Notes: generated by a model not told the origin, from the sequence alone. Counted from the first letter of the stretch, positions 29,089 to 40,449 are shown. The stretch is 64,000 bases of DNA from Patescibacteria group bacterium (GCA_023379025.1 JAMCTH010000009.1:5092-69091), one strand, 5' to 3'. Numbers and translations: made by a program.

Positions 29089-30171
29089 ATGGAATTTCTC
29101 CTTCCGGCTGCCGTGGCGGTGCTCGTCAGCTTTTCGCTAAGCCCCCTGGTCATCCGTTTCGCGCGGCGTTTCCGGCTCGTCGACAACCCGAAAACACGCT
29201 ATCATCCGGCGCACACGCATACGGGTATCATCCCGCGCGCGGGCGGGCTGGCAATCGCCCTCGGGGTCATCATTCCCTGCCTGTTCTTTCTGCCCCCCAC
29301 CAAACTGACCGTCGGAATCATTGCCGGCGTCGCCCTCCTTACGCTGGTCGGACTTGCGGATGACCGGCGGGATGTCAATCCCTATAAACGCCTCTTTACC
29401 AACGCACTCGCCGCACTCCTTGCGGTCGGTGCCGGTGCGGGTATTCCGTATGTTACCAATCCTCTCATGGGCGGCGTCCTACGGCTCGATTCCCTGCGCG
29501 TCTCGTTCACGTTCTTCGGTCCGCATTCCGTCCTGCTCTGGGCGGACATCGTTGCATTCCTCTGGATACTCTGGACCATGAACATCGTCGGGTGGTCCGC
29601 CGGGGTAGACGGACAGATGCCGGGGTTTGTGGCAATCGGCGCAATCACACTGGGCATGCTCTCGCTGAGATTCACGCTTGCCGATCCCAGGCAAAGCGCG
29701 GTGACAGTGCTTGCGGCTATTACCGCCGGCGCATTTGTGGGTTTCCTCCCCTGGAACTTCTATCCCCAGAAAATTATGCCCGGCTACGGCGGAAAAACCA
29801 TCGCCGGGTTTTTACTGGCACTTCTTGGCATCCTCTCATACGGCAAGCTCGGAACCGCGCTTCTCGTGCTCGGGGTACCGATGATCGATGCGGCCTATAC
29901 GCTCCTCCGGCGGGTGACCGGGAAAAAATCACTCGTTGCGGCGGACCGCGGACATCTGCATCACCGGCTTTTAGATCTCGGATGGGGAAAACGGCGGATC
30001 GCCTTGTTTTACTGGGGAGTCTCGGCTATACTGGGTGCAGTCGCCCTCCTCGTCAACAGTCAGCAGAAACTTTTTGCATTGCTGGTGGTTGCCGTAGGAG
30101 TCGGAGGGTTTCTGGTATGGGTGAACTTCTTTACGCAATTGTCAGAACCACAAGACCCAGACAGTGGCTGA
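29089..30171 (+). CDS. polyprenyl-phosphate N-acetylhexosamine-1-phosphate transferase (MraY/WecA/TagO family, GT4)
   Basis: LADDRRDVNP, multi-TM, and HLHHRLLDLGW motif characteristic of the WecA/MraY superfamily. Confidence 0.8.
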   Translation: MEFLLPAAVAVLVSFSLSPLVIRFARRFRLVDNPKTRYHPAHTHTGIIPRAGGLAIALGVIIPCLFFLPPTKLTVGIIAGVALLTLVGLADDRRDVNPYKRLFTNALAALLAVGAGAGIPYVTNPLMGGVLRLDSLRVSFTFFGPHSVLLWADIVAFLWILWTMNIVGWSAGVDGQMPGFVAIGAITLGMLSLRFTLADPRQSAVTVLAAITAGAFVGFLPWNFYPQKIMPGYGGKTIAGFLLALLGILSYGKLGTALLVLGVPMIDAAYTLLRRVTGKKSLVAADRGHLHHRLLDLGWGKRRIALFYWGVSAILGAVALLVNSQQKLFALLVVAVGVGGFLVWVNFFTQLSEPQDPDSG

Positions 30172-31055
30172 AAAATCTTGCGCTCTTCACCCCGATCCTG
30201 TTTGCGGGACAACTCCTCGTTCCGACTCCCTTCCGGCAGACGGTATGGGGATTTGTTGCGTACTGCTTCCTTTCCTCATCAAATTATATCCTCAACGATA
30301 TTCTTGACGCGCCCCGTGACCGTAAGCACCCGTTCAAAAAATACCGCCCCATCGCGCGCGGCATCATCCCCGAACCGCTTGCCGTCATAATATCCGCGCT
30401 GTTTGCCATAGGAGGACTTTTCATCAGTCACACGCTCGGACAGTCCTTTTTCCTGCTCTCGATCCTTTTCCTCTTTCTCGAATATGCCTATTCGCTCTTC
30501 CTCAAGCACCTCACGGTCATCGATATCCTCGCGATCACCGCAGCATATTTCATCCGCGTCTATGCCGGGGAAGCGGCAACCGGGTTCCACATTTCCGTCT
30601 GGCTTGCACTGGCAGCACTTTCCCTTGCTCTTTTCCTCGCAATCGGCAAGCGCCGTGCGGAACTGACGCTGATCCAGGGATACCGCGGCGTCGTCCCGCA
30701 GGATACACGCGTCAGCCTCTCCCATTATTCCGAGAAGTTGCTCGATACCTATACCGCTATGTTTGCGAACTCAACATTTATCACGTATGCCTTCTTTACG
30801 TTTTTGGCGCGGCCGGAAAACAGAGGGCTTTTTTTCCAGAATTATACCGACTTCACACCGGATCTTGCCGACCGCAAATGGCTTATGCTGAGTATCCCTT
30901 TTGTCCTTTTCGGCATCATGCGGTACATGCAGCTTATTTACGAGGGGAAAGGGGAATCACCGGAAAAAATTCTGACGTCCGATCTGCCGCTTCTTCTGAC
31001 GGTCATTCTCTGGGTAGGGAGCGTCCTCATTGTTATTTACGGGATAGGAGGATAA
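30117..31055 (+). CDS. UbiA-family prenyltransferase, decaprenyl-phosphate 5-phosphoribosyltransferase-like (DPPR synthase type)
   Basis: RPRQWLKNLALF...SSSNYILNDILDAPRDRKHP fits the NDxxDxxxD motif of the DPPR-synthase subfamily; 8 TM. Start taken at MGELLY, overlapping the upstream gene by 55 nt. Confidence 0.6.
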   Translation: MGELLYAIVRTTRPRQWLKNLALFTPILFAGQLLVPTPFRQTVWGFVAYCFLSSSNYILNDILDAPRDRKHPFKKYRPIARGIIPEPLAVIISALFAIGGLFISHTLGQSFFLLSILFLFLEYAYSLFLKHLTVIDILAITAAYFIRVYAGEAATGFHISVWLALAALSLALFLAIGKRRAELTLIQGYRGVVPQDTRVSLSHYSEKLLDTYTAMFANSTFITYAFFTFLARPENRGLFFQNYTDFTPDLADRKWLMLSIPFVLFGIMRYMQLIYEGKGESPEKILTSDLPLLLTVILWVGSVLIVIYGIGG

Positions 31056-31093
31056 AAGACACATCTGACGATTACCGGGGTTCGCGACTCCGG

Positions 31094-31978
31094 CTATTTT
31101 GTTTCCGTCGCGTACTGTCCGGAAACCCAGCCTTTATTCGTCCCGTCATAGGAAATCTCAAACCAGCCGTCCTGCTCATCAAAGACATGGAACGTCTCTC
31201 CGGGCTTCACCTGTGCGGCTTCCGTTGCGCCGGTTGTCGGCCCCATCCGTACCCGCAGGAATCCCGTCGGCGTATCGCTCACAACTATGTACGGCGTTTC
31301 CGGCGTGCCGGTTCCCCGGACGGATCCGGACGGCGAGGATCCTCCCTGCGTTTCCGAAGCTGTAATGGATGGTGACGGAGAGGCTTCCTCATTGGATACG
31401 CCGCCGGGAAAAAGTGCAAGTTTGATGCTCCCGATCAGTTTGTACCCTGGCGTTGTCTTTATCTTGAATGAACGGCTGAGAAACCCGGGTGAGGAAAGGG
31501 TCAGTGTGTGATCTCCCGCGGCGACTCCGGGGAGTGTCAGCGGAGTGACGCCTTTCGTGTCGCCGTCAAGAGATACGGCAGCACCTGCCGGGTTTGTTGT
31601 TACGGACAGTTCGGATGTAGTTCCGGAAATCTTTTCAAGCCACAGAACATCCACGGCAGTGGTAAAGTCTGAATCGGAAAGATTGGCATTGACATACGTC
31701 AGAAGATTTGGAGAAACCGTGACATTCCCCTGCCAACCGGCAAACGTACCCGTGGCGGCATCCGGAACCAGCTTGATGGTATATTCACCTGCGTTGACCT
31801 TTTCGTCATACGGAGACTTACCGAGACTGCTGCTATCGAGGAAAACATTGGCCGAGGGATCGGAATTGATCCGCAGTTCGCCTTGCCCGGGGTTTCTGTT
31901 TCCTAGTATTTTGACTATCCCGATGATGAGGACCGCGATACCGGCGAGTATAACGATGAATCCTATCTTGCGCTTCAT
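31094..31978 (-). CDS. PEGA-domain protein with C-terminal SH3b-like domain, membrane anchored
   Basis: N-terminal TM. TNPAGAAVSLDGDTKGVTPLTL resembles a PEGA domain. C-terminus GFLRVRMGPTTG...VFDEQDGWFEISYDG...GWVSGQY is SH3b-like. Confidence 0.55.
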   Translation of the reverse strand: MKRKIGFIVILAGIAVLIIGIVKILGNRNPGQGELRINSDPSANVFLDSSSLGKSPYDEKVNAGEYTIKLVPDAATGTFAGWQGNVTVSPNLLTYVNANLSDSDFTTAVDVLWLEKISGTTSELSVTTNPAGAAVSLDGDTKGVTPLTLPGVAAGDHTLTLSSPGFLSRSFKIKTTPGYKLIGSIKLALFPGGVSNEEASPSPSITASETQGGSSPSGSVRGTGTPETPYIVVSDTPTGFLRVRMGPTTGATEAAQVKPGETFHVFDEQDGWFEISYDGTNKGWVSGQYATETK

Positions 31979-32105
31979 GACAGTACCGATGATAACACAC
32001 TCAGTAAAAGGTGGGCAACCCGTTCATGAGGGACGCCACGCGGGCACAGTGCCTGCCATACCGCCGGATATCGGAAAAATTAACGGTTTGTTTTGAGGAA
32101 CCAGT

Positions 32106-32654
32106 CTACGACACTGCGCAGAAATTCTTCACGTAGTACCTGCGGAACAATAGTAATTCCGTGATCGCCAGAATCCGGGTCCGACTTCTACTGTCAGTCC
32201 TGTGCTTCTGCTTTTTCTGGTTGAAATATGCTCCGCGTTTTATCGATTTATATGGATAGTATGCACCACAATTACAGAGAAGCGATGTAATGCCCGGAGG
32301 GTTGGCCAGCATGGCGGTAGCGGCTCCGAAAGATTGCGCAAATATCCCGATACGTCCTTTTACCACGTCTTCCCGTTCTTTCAGCCACTGCACCATATCC
32401 AAAACCTGCCGGGCTTGCCGCTCTATCGTCATCTCCTTATACGCACCTTCCGAATTCCCTCTGCCGGAAAAACTAAACTGAAGTGTTACGTAACCATTCC
32501 GTACAAGTCGTTCGGATATCTCATCAAACGAATTTTTGTACTCATGGAAATCCATTCCAAATCCTGATACAAATAGCACCGCAGGAAATGTTCCTTGTGT
32601 GGCAGGCTTCCACAATAACCCATCTATTTTTCCCCGTAGCGATTTGTAATCCAC
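32106..32654 (-). pseudogene. alpha/beta hydrolase fragment, probably truncated or frameshifted
   Basis: The N-terminal part has the fold (VLFVSGFG...GIFAQSFGA nucleophile elbow), but the last ~60 aa are low-complexity (KKQKHRTDSRSRTR) and lack the expected Asp/His. Confidence 0.3.
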
Positions 32655-32707
32655 ATATGCTCTTCCATATATCCTTTGTTATCATGTAACGGTACATGAT
32701 AACAGAA

Positions 32708-33631
32708 TTATGTACGATATACCGCATCCATCCAATCGATAACTACGTTCACAAATTCCCTTTCCTTCCCTTCATAACCATGGGTCGTTTCGGGTATGAT
32801 AACACTTTTGTATCGTTTTGAACCGGTATGGGTATCAAAAACCTTTTGAATCTCGTCTATCGGGCGGTCTGCCGTCTCATCGCCGCCGGCAAGCGTCACG
32901 AGCAGGGGTTTGGTGATAGTCGAAAACGCTTCAAGCACATGTTCTGTATCACCGTAGTTGAAAACATCCTCCGGCGTATTGGGAGCCAGGAGGCTCCATG
33001 CGCGCCGGGCGGAGACCGGAAACCGGTGTGCCATAGTAAGGAGGGCGTCTCCCCTTCCTTTGGCAAGAAGGTCTTTGATTATGCCAAGATGCTCCTCATA
33101 CCCCTTTTTATCCGTCTTTTCCGACAACCGGTCGGACATGGGGCCGGCAAGGATGACGCCTCCGACTCTCGGATCGTCTCCGCTCTCCGCCGCGTAGTAA
33201 CAAACTTTATTGGCACCGGTACTGTGACCCGCAATCACGATCTCCGAAAATCCCTTCCCGGAAAGAAACGCTATTCCTGCTTCGATATCGTACACCGATT
33301 CCTCAAATACTTCGTAGGCTGCCCCGATCATCACATGATCACAGCCTCCTTTTGAGTCAGTACGTTTATGAATGTTTGCTATGATATCGTGCCCTCTGTT
33401 GTTGAATGCGGCAAATCCTATGCCCGCGCGGTTGAGAGAATCGGCAAGGCCATCGATGAGTTTCACATCCCCATAGAACCTTCCGGTCAGTCCGTGCACC
33501 CAAAGCAAAGCCTTATTCCCGGGTTTCTTTGGAGGACTTACGATCCCCTGGTGCACGAGATTATCCTTTGTCACAATTTCTGCAAGTTCGTAAAGCGCCA
33601 TCGCCCACATTATACCAAAAGCCCCGCTCAT
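32708..33631 (-). CDS. alpha/beta-fold hydrolase
   Basis: LLWVHGLTGRF...IVIAGHSTGANK (GHSTG), 307 aa. Confidence 0.65.
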   Translation of the reverse strand: MSGAFGIMWAMALYELAEIVTKDNLVHQGIVSPPKKPGNKALLWVHGLTGRFYGDVKLIDGLADSLNRAGIGFAAFNNRGHDIIANIHKRTDSKGGCDHVMIGAAYEVFEESVYDIEAGIAFLSGKGFSEIVIAGHSTGANKVCYYAAESGDDPRVGGVILAGPMSDRLSEKTDKKGYEEHLGIIKDLLAKGRGDALLTMAHRFPVSARRAWSLLAPNTPEDVFNYGDTEHVLEAFSTITKPLLVTLAGGDETADRPIDEIQKVFDTHTGSKRYKSVIIPETTHGYEGKEREFVNVVIDWMDAVYRT

Positions 33632-33693
33632 TGGCGGGACTCTCGGCTTTATTATTTTTTGGTTTTGTTGGTTTTATTGCCTTTCTTGGGTTA

Positions 33694-35412
<1,719 letters not shown>

Positions 35413-35476
35413 CTAAACAATATCAAAATCCTAAGGTTTTGAATTTATTCCGGAATTCGTGCTTCGAATTTCAGAT

Positions 35477-35773
35477 TTACTCAACGATTGCCAATACGTC
35501 TTTCTGCTCAACGATGGTCCATTCTTCCCCGTTTACCTTCACCTCGTTGCCGCCCCACTTTTTGTACATAACTTTCTGGCCGACCTTGACGACCATCTTC
35601 ACGGCATTGCCCTTGTCATCGGATGTCCCGGGTCCGACGGCCATGACGGTACCCATCTGGGGTTTCTCTTTTGCACTGTCGGGGAGAACGATGCCCGAAG
35701 GCAGGGTTTCTTCACCCGGAAGGGGTTTGATGAGGACATTATCAAATAACGGCTGAATGCTGATTTTTGCCAT
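35477..35773 (-). CDS. groS: co-chaperonin GroES (Hsp10)
   Basis: 98 aa, IQPLFDNVLIKP...GIVLPDSAKEKP... Confidence 0.95.
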   Translation of the reverse strand: MAKISIQPLFDNVLIKPLPGEETLPSGIVLPDSAKEKPQMGTVMAVGPGTSDDKGNAVKMVVKVGQKVMYKKWGGNEVKVNGEEWTIVEQKDVLAIVE

Positions 35774-35871
35774 GAATCCTCCTTTTTCCGACGATCATCC
35801 CTGATGGATATATGGTGCCGTATCCATCCCTGATGAACATCGCACTCGTGTACGGTACGTTGTTCTCACGC

Positions 35872-35898
35872 TTGGCAGTCCTATATGATGAGTGCTAT
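35872..35898. promoter_or_regulatory. CIRCE-like inverted repeat (TTGGCAGTC-N9-GAGTGCTAT), putative HrcA operator upstream of groES-groEL
   Basis: Compare consensus TTAGCACTC-N9-GAGTGCTAA: 7/9 and 8/9 matches with an exact 9-nt spacer, about 100 nt upstream of the groES start. Confidence 0.55.
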
Positions 35899-35899
35899 T

Positions 35900-36850
35900 T
35901 TAAATGCCGTAAAAAATCTTGTCAAGAGGGATATTTACCTTTCTGAGACGCCTCGCGAATTCTTTCTTCACGATCTCCCGCGTATCTCTGGGATGGAACC
36001 GGATGAGCGTCGGGGTCGTGACTTCCTGTGTTTTCCGCTTCCTCATATAGCACAACTGCAGGTACATTGCCGGATATTCGAATACTCTCAGTACCCGGGT
36101 TCCGATCGCCGCGTAGCAGAGTCCGGGAAGAGACAGGAGTTCCGATACCATTCCCTGCCGCCGCCGGAAACGGCTGTCTTTTTCCTCTCCGGAAGCACCC
36201 GCCATCCGTTCCGCCCAGGCGGTCGGCAAGTAGGTCCCGGCCCATGCATTTGCCCGTAAAAACCGGAGATACGCGTCTTCTTTCGCGACAACGGGCCGCA
36301 TCTGCAGGACTTCGTGGGCGCTGAAAAAGTCCCGTTCTCCCGGCGGAACAGCCGGTGCGTGTTCATCCATAAACATATTGAGGCAGACGGTGTCTTTCAC
36401 CTGATCCGACCCCGGTCTTCTTCTCAGATGCAGCAGTTCCGCCGCAAGCGTTATGAAAAGACGGGATATCCACAGCGTCTTCGGGGAAACGATGCACATA
36501 AAATCGATATCCTCATCTTCCGGCGCGTTATTCATGGAGAGTCCGCCGGTGACGCCGACCAGGCGCACAGTGGGAAGAAAACCCAATACCCGCGCCGCAT
36601 GCCGCGCAATGAGCCATTTGCCCGCTGCGGCATGCTCGCGGTCCAGGCGAAGGCTGACGGTCCGGCTCCTTCCCCGCAGAAAATAATACGTCCTGCCGCG
36701 TACGGTCTTTGAACCGATAAGCCTGCTGCGCGTATCCGGTGCTGCCCCGGCATACCCCCATACCAGAAGTTCCTGCTTCGTCATCGGATATGCAAAGATA
36801 TCGGCATACGCAAGCGTTACATACGTCAGGCTACCGTCATATCCCTTCAT
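35900..36850 (-). CDS. nucleotidyltransferase-fold (Pol-beta-like) protein, hypothetical
   Basis: LVGVTGGLSMNNAPEDEDIDF matches the hG[GS]x9-13[DE]h[DE]h NTase motif. Start taken at internal Met (MKGYDG), 4 nt downstream of the upstream stop. Confidence 0.4.
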   Translation of the reverse strand: MKGYDGSLTYVTLAYADIFAYPMTKQELLVWGYAGAAPDTRSRLIGSKTVRGRTYYFLRGRSRTVSLRLDREHAAAGKWLIARHAARVLGFLPTVRLVGVTGGLSMNNAPEDEDIDFMCIVSPKTLWISRLFITLAAELLHLRRRPGSDQVKDTVCLNMFMDEHAPAVPPGERDFFSAHEVLQMRPVVAKEDAYLRFLRANAWAGTYLPTAWAERMAGASGEEKDSRFRRRQGMVSELLSLPGLCYAAIGTRVLRVFEYPAMYLQLCYMRKRKTQEVTTPTLIRFHPRDTREIVKKEFARRLRKVNIPLDKIFYGI

Positions 36851-36854
36851 GGGT

Positions 36855-38435
36855 TTATTGCGGGGGAGGAGCAGTCGCGGAAACAAGGCCGTATTTGGCC
36901 AAAACCTGTTGAAAGCCTGCTGCGGCGGTCTGCAGTACCGCGGTGGGTGCCGACCCCTGGGACAGTCCGTTGACCGCATCACCCAGATATTTTATAAGCT
37001 GGTCATTGATGCCGTCGTCAAACGTCCGCGATGCCAACGGGAACGATTTGGCGGTCTGGGCCTGGGAAATATATGCCCCCACCAGCGGATCGGACAGCAG
37101 TGATCTTCCGAGGTCTACGCGTGCATACGGCTCTCCGAACAGGCGTTCCTGCGACTCCTGCGTATAGAGTTTCGTTTCCACGTCGGCGGAGGTCAGGTAC
37201 TGGAGAAATTGCCATGCCGCGTCCGGGTTTTTGCTTTTTGCGGATACTCCTTCCGCCCAATAGGAAGCCCACGTCACGGTATTGCCCGGAAGCTGGGGGA
37301 TGGGAACGATCTTGAAATGCAGGTTGGGATTGATCTGTTTTATGTCAAATGCCCTCCAGGAAGGCGCCATGATCATAGCTACCTTTCCCGTTGCGAATGC
37401 GTAGATGGAATTATCCAGCGTGTCATTCCATGTATAGACCGGATCCGCCGGATCGGAAAACTTATGGTAGAAGATGAGTGTTTCTTCGGCTTCCTTGCCC
37501 GTAGGCTGGGCGAGGCTTGCCCCGTTCTGCATCATCATGGTTGCCAGAATATCGCTGTAGTTTTCAATGTTGCCCGTCGTACCGAGCGCAATAGCGGAGG
37601 TCGTTATGGTTGAGCCGTCTTTAACCGTCAGTTTTGGAACAACATTGAGGACATCCTCCCACGTCTGGGGAGGAGATACGCCGGCTGCGGAAAACAGGTC
37701 TTCGTTATAATAGAGCCCTAATCCGTCTATTTCCATGGGTATGCCGTAGATAGCCGAACCGGCCACCAAATCGGCGCTCGCCACCTTGTAATAGGTAGAA
37801 GCAAAGGCGGCGGGCGTTATGACGGTTGCCGGCACCTTGGCCAGTTCCGTCCGGAGCATCGCCACCCACGTGTTGTGGAACCGGAACACATCCGGTCCGT
37901 CCCCCCGGTCGATTGCCGCCTGGAGCCGCTGCCGGTACTGCTGGGGAGACTGCCGGGTATAGATAACATGTATGTGAGGATTTTTTGCCTCAAAATCCCG
38001 GAGAACGGACTCAAGCACCGGACTGTCTTCCCATAATCCCCAATACGAAATCGTCACGAGCTTCGGCCGGGACACGGCACCGAGCATAAACTTCGCCCCG
38101 ACCGCCACGCCGCCGATAAGAACCAGAAAAACCAGGATCATGAGGATGCGCTTGGGCAGTGAACTCCCGCCTCCGGACGCTACAGGCACCGGCGGGGTTT
38201 CAGCCGCAACACCCTGGGGGATAAACGGGTTCTCCGGTACCCCTGACGGTGCCGTACTCCCCCCTTGAGGCGGAGGGGAAGATGTGCCGGCGCCCCCTGC
38301 AGGGATGACGACCGTCTCCTGAATCGGAGGACCGGATGCTTCGGCAGTTTTGGATTGATCCAGTACCACGCCGCCTTCCTGAAACGGAGCCTGGAATGGG
38401 GACGATGGCGGAGGCGGAGTATCGTTCGGATCCAT
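36855..38435 (-). CDS. extracellular solute-binding protein (ABC transporter SBP family 1, sugar-type) with Pro-rich N-terminal extension and TM anchor
   Basis: After the TM: TISYWGLWED...AAIDRGDGPDVFRFHNTW...GIPMEIDGLGLYYN typical of sugar SBPs. Start chosen at MDPND to avoid overlap with the divergent VanW gene; it could be 38498. Confidence 0.65.
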   Translation of the reverse strand: MDPNDTPPPPSSPFQAPFQEGGVVLDQSKTAEASGPPIQETVVIPAGGAGTSSPPPQGGSTAPSGVPENPFIPQGVAAETPPVPVASGGGSSLPKRILMILVFLVLIGGVAVGAKFMLGAVSRPKLVTISYWGLWEDSPVLESVLRDFEAKNPHIHVIYTRQSPQQYRQRLQAAIDRGDGPDVFRFHNTWVAMLRTELAKVPATVITPAAFASTYYKVASADLVAGSAIYGIPMEIDGLGLYYNEDLFSAAGVSPPQTWEDVLNVVPKLTVKDGSTITTSAIALGTTGNIENYSDILATMMMQNGASLAQPTGKEAEETLIFYHKFSDPADPVYTWNDTLDNSIYAFATGKVAMIMAPSWRAFDIKQINPNLHFKIVPIPQLPGNTVTWASYWAEGVSAKSKNPDAAWQFLQYLTSADVETKLYTQESQERLFGEPYARVDLGRSLLSDPLVGAYISQAQTAKSFPLASRTFDDGINDQLIKYLGDAVNGLSQGSAPTAVLQTAAAGFQQVLAKYGLVSATAPPPQ

Positions 38436-38539
38436 AGCTGTAGTACAATACGGGAACTTAAAACTTCCCTCCTTTTCATCATAGCATGCATCAGGCAAAG
38501 AACAAGACTGTTCCCTTCCTCCGTCGGCGTATACCGGGG

Positions 38540-39910
38540 ATGTGTATAAAAATTCTGGGTGCCATTGTCATCGGAATCTTTACGGTTGTACTGCTCGCCG
38601 TGTTTACGTATGAAGCGTACAATCAAAAATACCGTGAGCATGTCTTTCCCACCGTATCCGTCGGGAATATCCCGTTCGGCGGCAAAACGCCGGAAGAAGT
38701 GCAGGCCTACTGGCTCGGGAAAAATCAACCGTTTGAGGAACGTGCGTTTACCTTTACCTTTGAAGGGGAAACAGCGACGATATCGGGTACGGACCTCAAC
38801 CTCGGATACGATGCCACACTTTCCGCGACCCAGGCATATCTCGTCGGACGGTCGGGGAATCTTCTGACGGATCTTTTCGTCAGCCTGATCCCGTATCACA
38901 CCAACCTGTCCCCCTATTTCCGTTGGGACGACGGAACGCTTACCGGCATGCTCGCGGATATGAGCGACAGCATCGATATCCCGGTTCAGAATGCCCTGTT
39001 TGCCTATAAAAACGGCAGAGTTACCTCCTTTAAGCCGTCCAGGAACGGAAGACGCGTTAACATTGCCGAAGCCAAAAAACGGTTTACGGCCATTCTCGCA
39101 TCCGTACCGCATACAAACACGCATACCTTCACAATACCGCTGCCGGTGGATGTCATACATCCCGCCGTAACGACCGACGGAGCTAATACGTTCGGCATCC
39201 GGGAAAAGATCGGCGAAGGCTATTCGGAGTTCGCCGGATCCGCCGAGGAACGCATCCATAACATCGTCCTGGCAGCAACCAAAATCAACGGCATACTGGT
39301 CAGGCCGGGCGACACCTTTTCGCTCGATGATGCTCTCGGCGATATATCGGCAGCCACCGGGTTCCAGCCCGCCTATATCATACAAAACGGAAGGACTATC
39401 CTCGGCGACGGCGGGGGCGTCTGTCAGGTGTCAACGACCCTTTTCCGTGCGGCACTCAATGCGGGCCTGCCGATCGTCGAACGCCACGCGCATGCGTACC
39501 GGGTGCATTATTATGAAGAGGGGGGCTACAAACCCGGCATCGATGCGACGGTGTTTGCGCCGTCCGTGGATTTTAAATTTAAAAACGATACGCCGGGCTA
39601 TATCCTGATCCAAACAGTACTGGATCTTCGTAAACCATCCCTTACCTTCAATCTCTACGGCACGGGCGACGGCAGACAGGCAGAAATTCTGGACCAGCGC
39701 CTGTGGGCCGAGACCCCGCCGCCGCCGGATCTTTTTCAGGATGATCCGACGATTCCCGCGGGGATCGTGAAGCAGGTGGACTTTGCGGCATGGGGGGCAA
39801 AAGCGTCATTCCGATATCGGGTCACAAGAAACGGGCAAACAATCGAGGATGAGACGTTTAATTCGAACTATCAGCCCTGGCAGGCAGTGTACCTCAAAGG
39901 AACGAAATAG
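38540..39910 (+). CDS. VanW-family protein
   Basis: N-terminal TM and a PG-binding-like region, then GDGGGVCQVSTTLFRAALNAGLPIVERHAH, the conserved VanW core. Start at MCIKILG. Confidence 0.7.
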   Translation: MCIKILGAIVIGIFTVVLLAVFTYEAYNQKYREHVFPTVSVGNIPFGGKTPEEVQAYWLGKNQPFEERAFTFTFEGETATISGTDLNLGYDATLSATQAYLVGRSGNLLTDLFVSLIPYHTNLSPYFRWDDGTLTGMLADMSDSIDIPVQNALFAYKNGRVTSFKPSRNGRRVNIAEAKKRFTAILASVPHTNTHTFTIPLPVDVIHPAVTTDGANTFGIREKIGEGYSEFAGSAEERIHNIVLAATKINGILVRPGDTFSLDDALGDISAATGFQPAYIIQNGRTILGDGGGVCQVSTTLFRAALNAGLPIVERHAHAYRVHYYEEGGYKPGIDATVFAPSVDFKFKNDTPGYILIQTVLDLRKPSLTFNLYGTGDGRQAEILDQRLWAETPPPPDLFQDDPTIPAGIVKQVDFAAWGAKASFRYRVTRNGQTIEDETFNSNYQPWQAVYLKGTK

Positions 39911-39993
39911 GGACATGGCTCAATCATTGCATTGCTCCTTCGCAGAATTGCTGATAAGATCACAGAGTCCTTTATCAATAAACGAATCGCTTT

Positions 39994-40437
39994 ATGGAAC
40001 TCCATAACCAAACGGGCAACAAAAAAGTGGTTCTCGTCGGAGGGTGTTTCGACCTTCTTCACCTTGGACATATCAGCTTTCTCGAACAGGCAAAAAAACT
40101 CGGCGACCACCTGATCGTAGCGCTTGAATCCGACGAAAACGTCAGAAAGATGAAGGGGGACATGCGCCCCATCCACACGCAGGACCAGAGGAAACGGATG
40201 CTTCTTGCGGTCCGTTCGGTAGATGAGGTCTATGTGCTTCCGCCGATGACCGGGGACGCAGCGTATGACAAACTCGTTCGGGCTATCCGCCCCCAGGTCA
40301 TGGCGATTACGGAGGGCGATCCGATTACTGGTAAAAAACGCCGGCAGGCAGGCAGCATCGGAGCCCGTTTTGTGATTATTCCCAAAATTCACACCCCCTC
40401 CACCTCACAGCTCGCTAAACTTTTGGGTCTCGAGTAG
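39994..40437 (+). CDS. cytidylyl/adenylyltransferase (RfaE domain II / TagD-like nucleotidyltransferase)
   Basis: VVLVGGCFDLLHLGHISFLEQAK, the (H/T)xGH-type nucleotidyltransferase motif; 147 aa. Confidence 0.7.
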   Translation: MELHNQTGNKKVVLVGGCFDLLHLGHISFLEQAKKLGDHLIVALESDENVRKMKGDMRPIHTQDQRKRMLLAVRSVDEVYVLPPMTGDAAYDKLVRAIRPQVMAITEGDPITGKKRRQAGSIGARFVIIPKIHTPSTSQLAKLLGLE

Positions 40438-40449
40438 AATACGCGGATC

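Noticed and set aside
29592-30116. Upstream 525-nt extension of the UbiA-family ORF (the track ORF starts at 29592)
   Set aside because: This portion overlaps the wecA-like gene in another frame and translates to an Arg-rich, low-complexity peptide. The UbiA fold and its RPRQWLKN N-terminal motif begin at the Met at 30117.
38180-39385. 401-aa minus-strand ORF
   Set aside because: It is antisense to the VanW-family gene (and partly the SBP gene), has Arg/Gly-rich composition and no recognisable domain.
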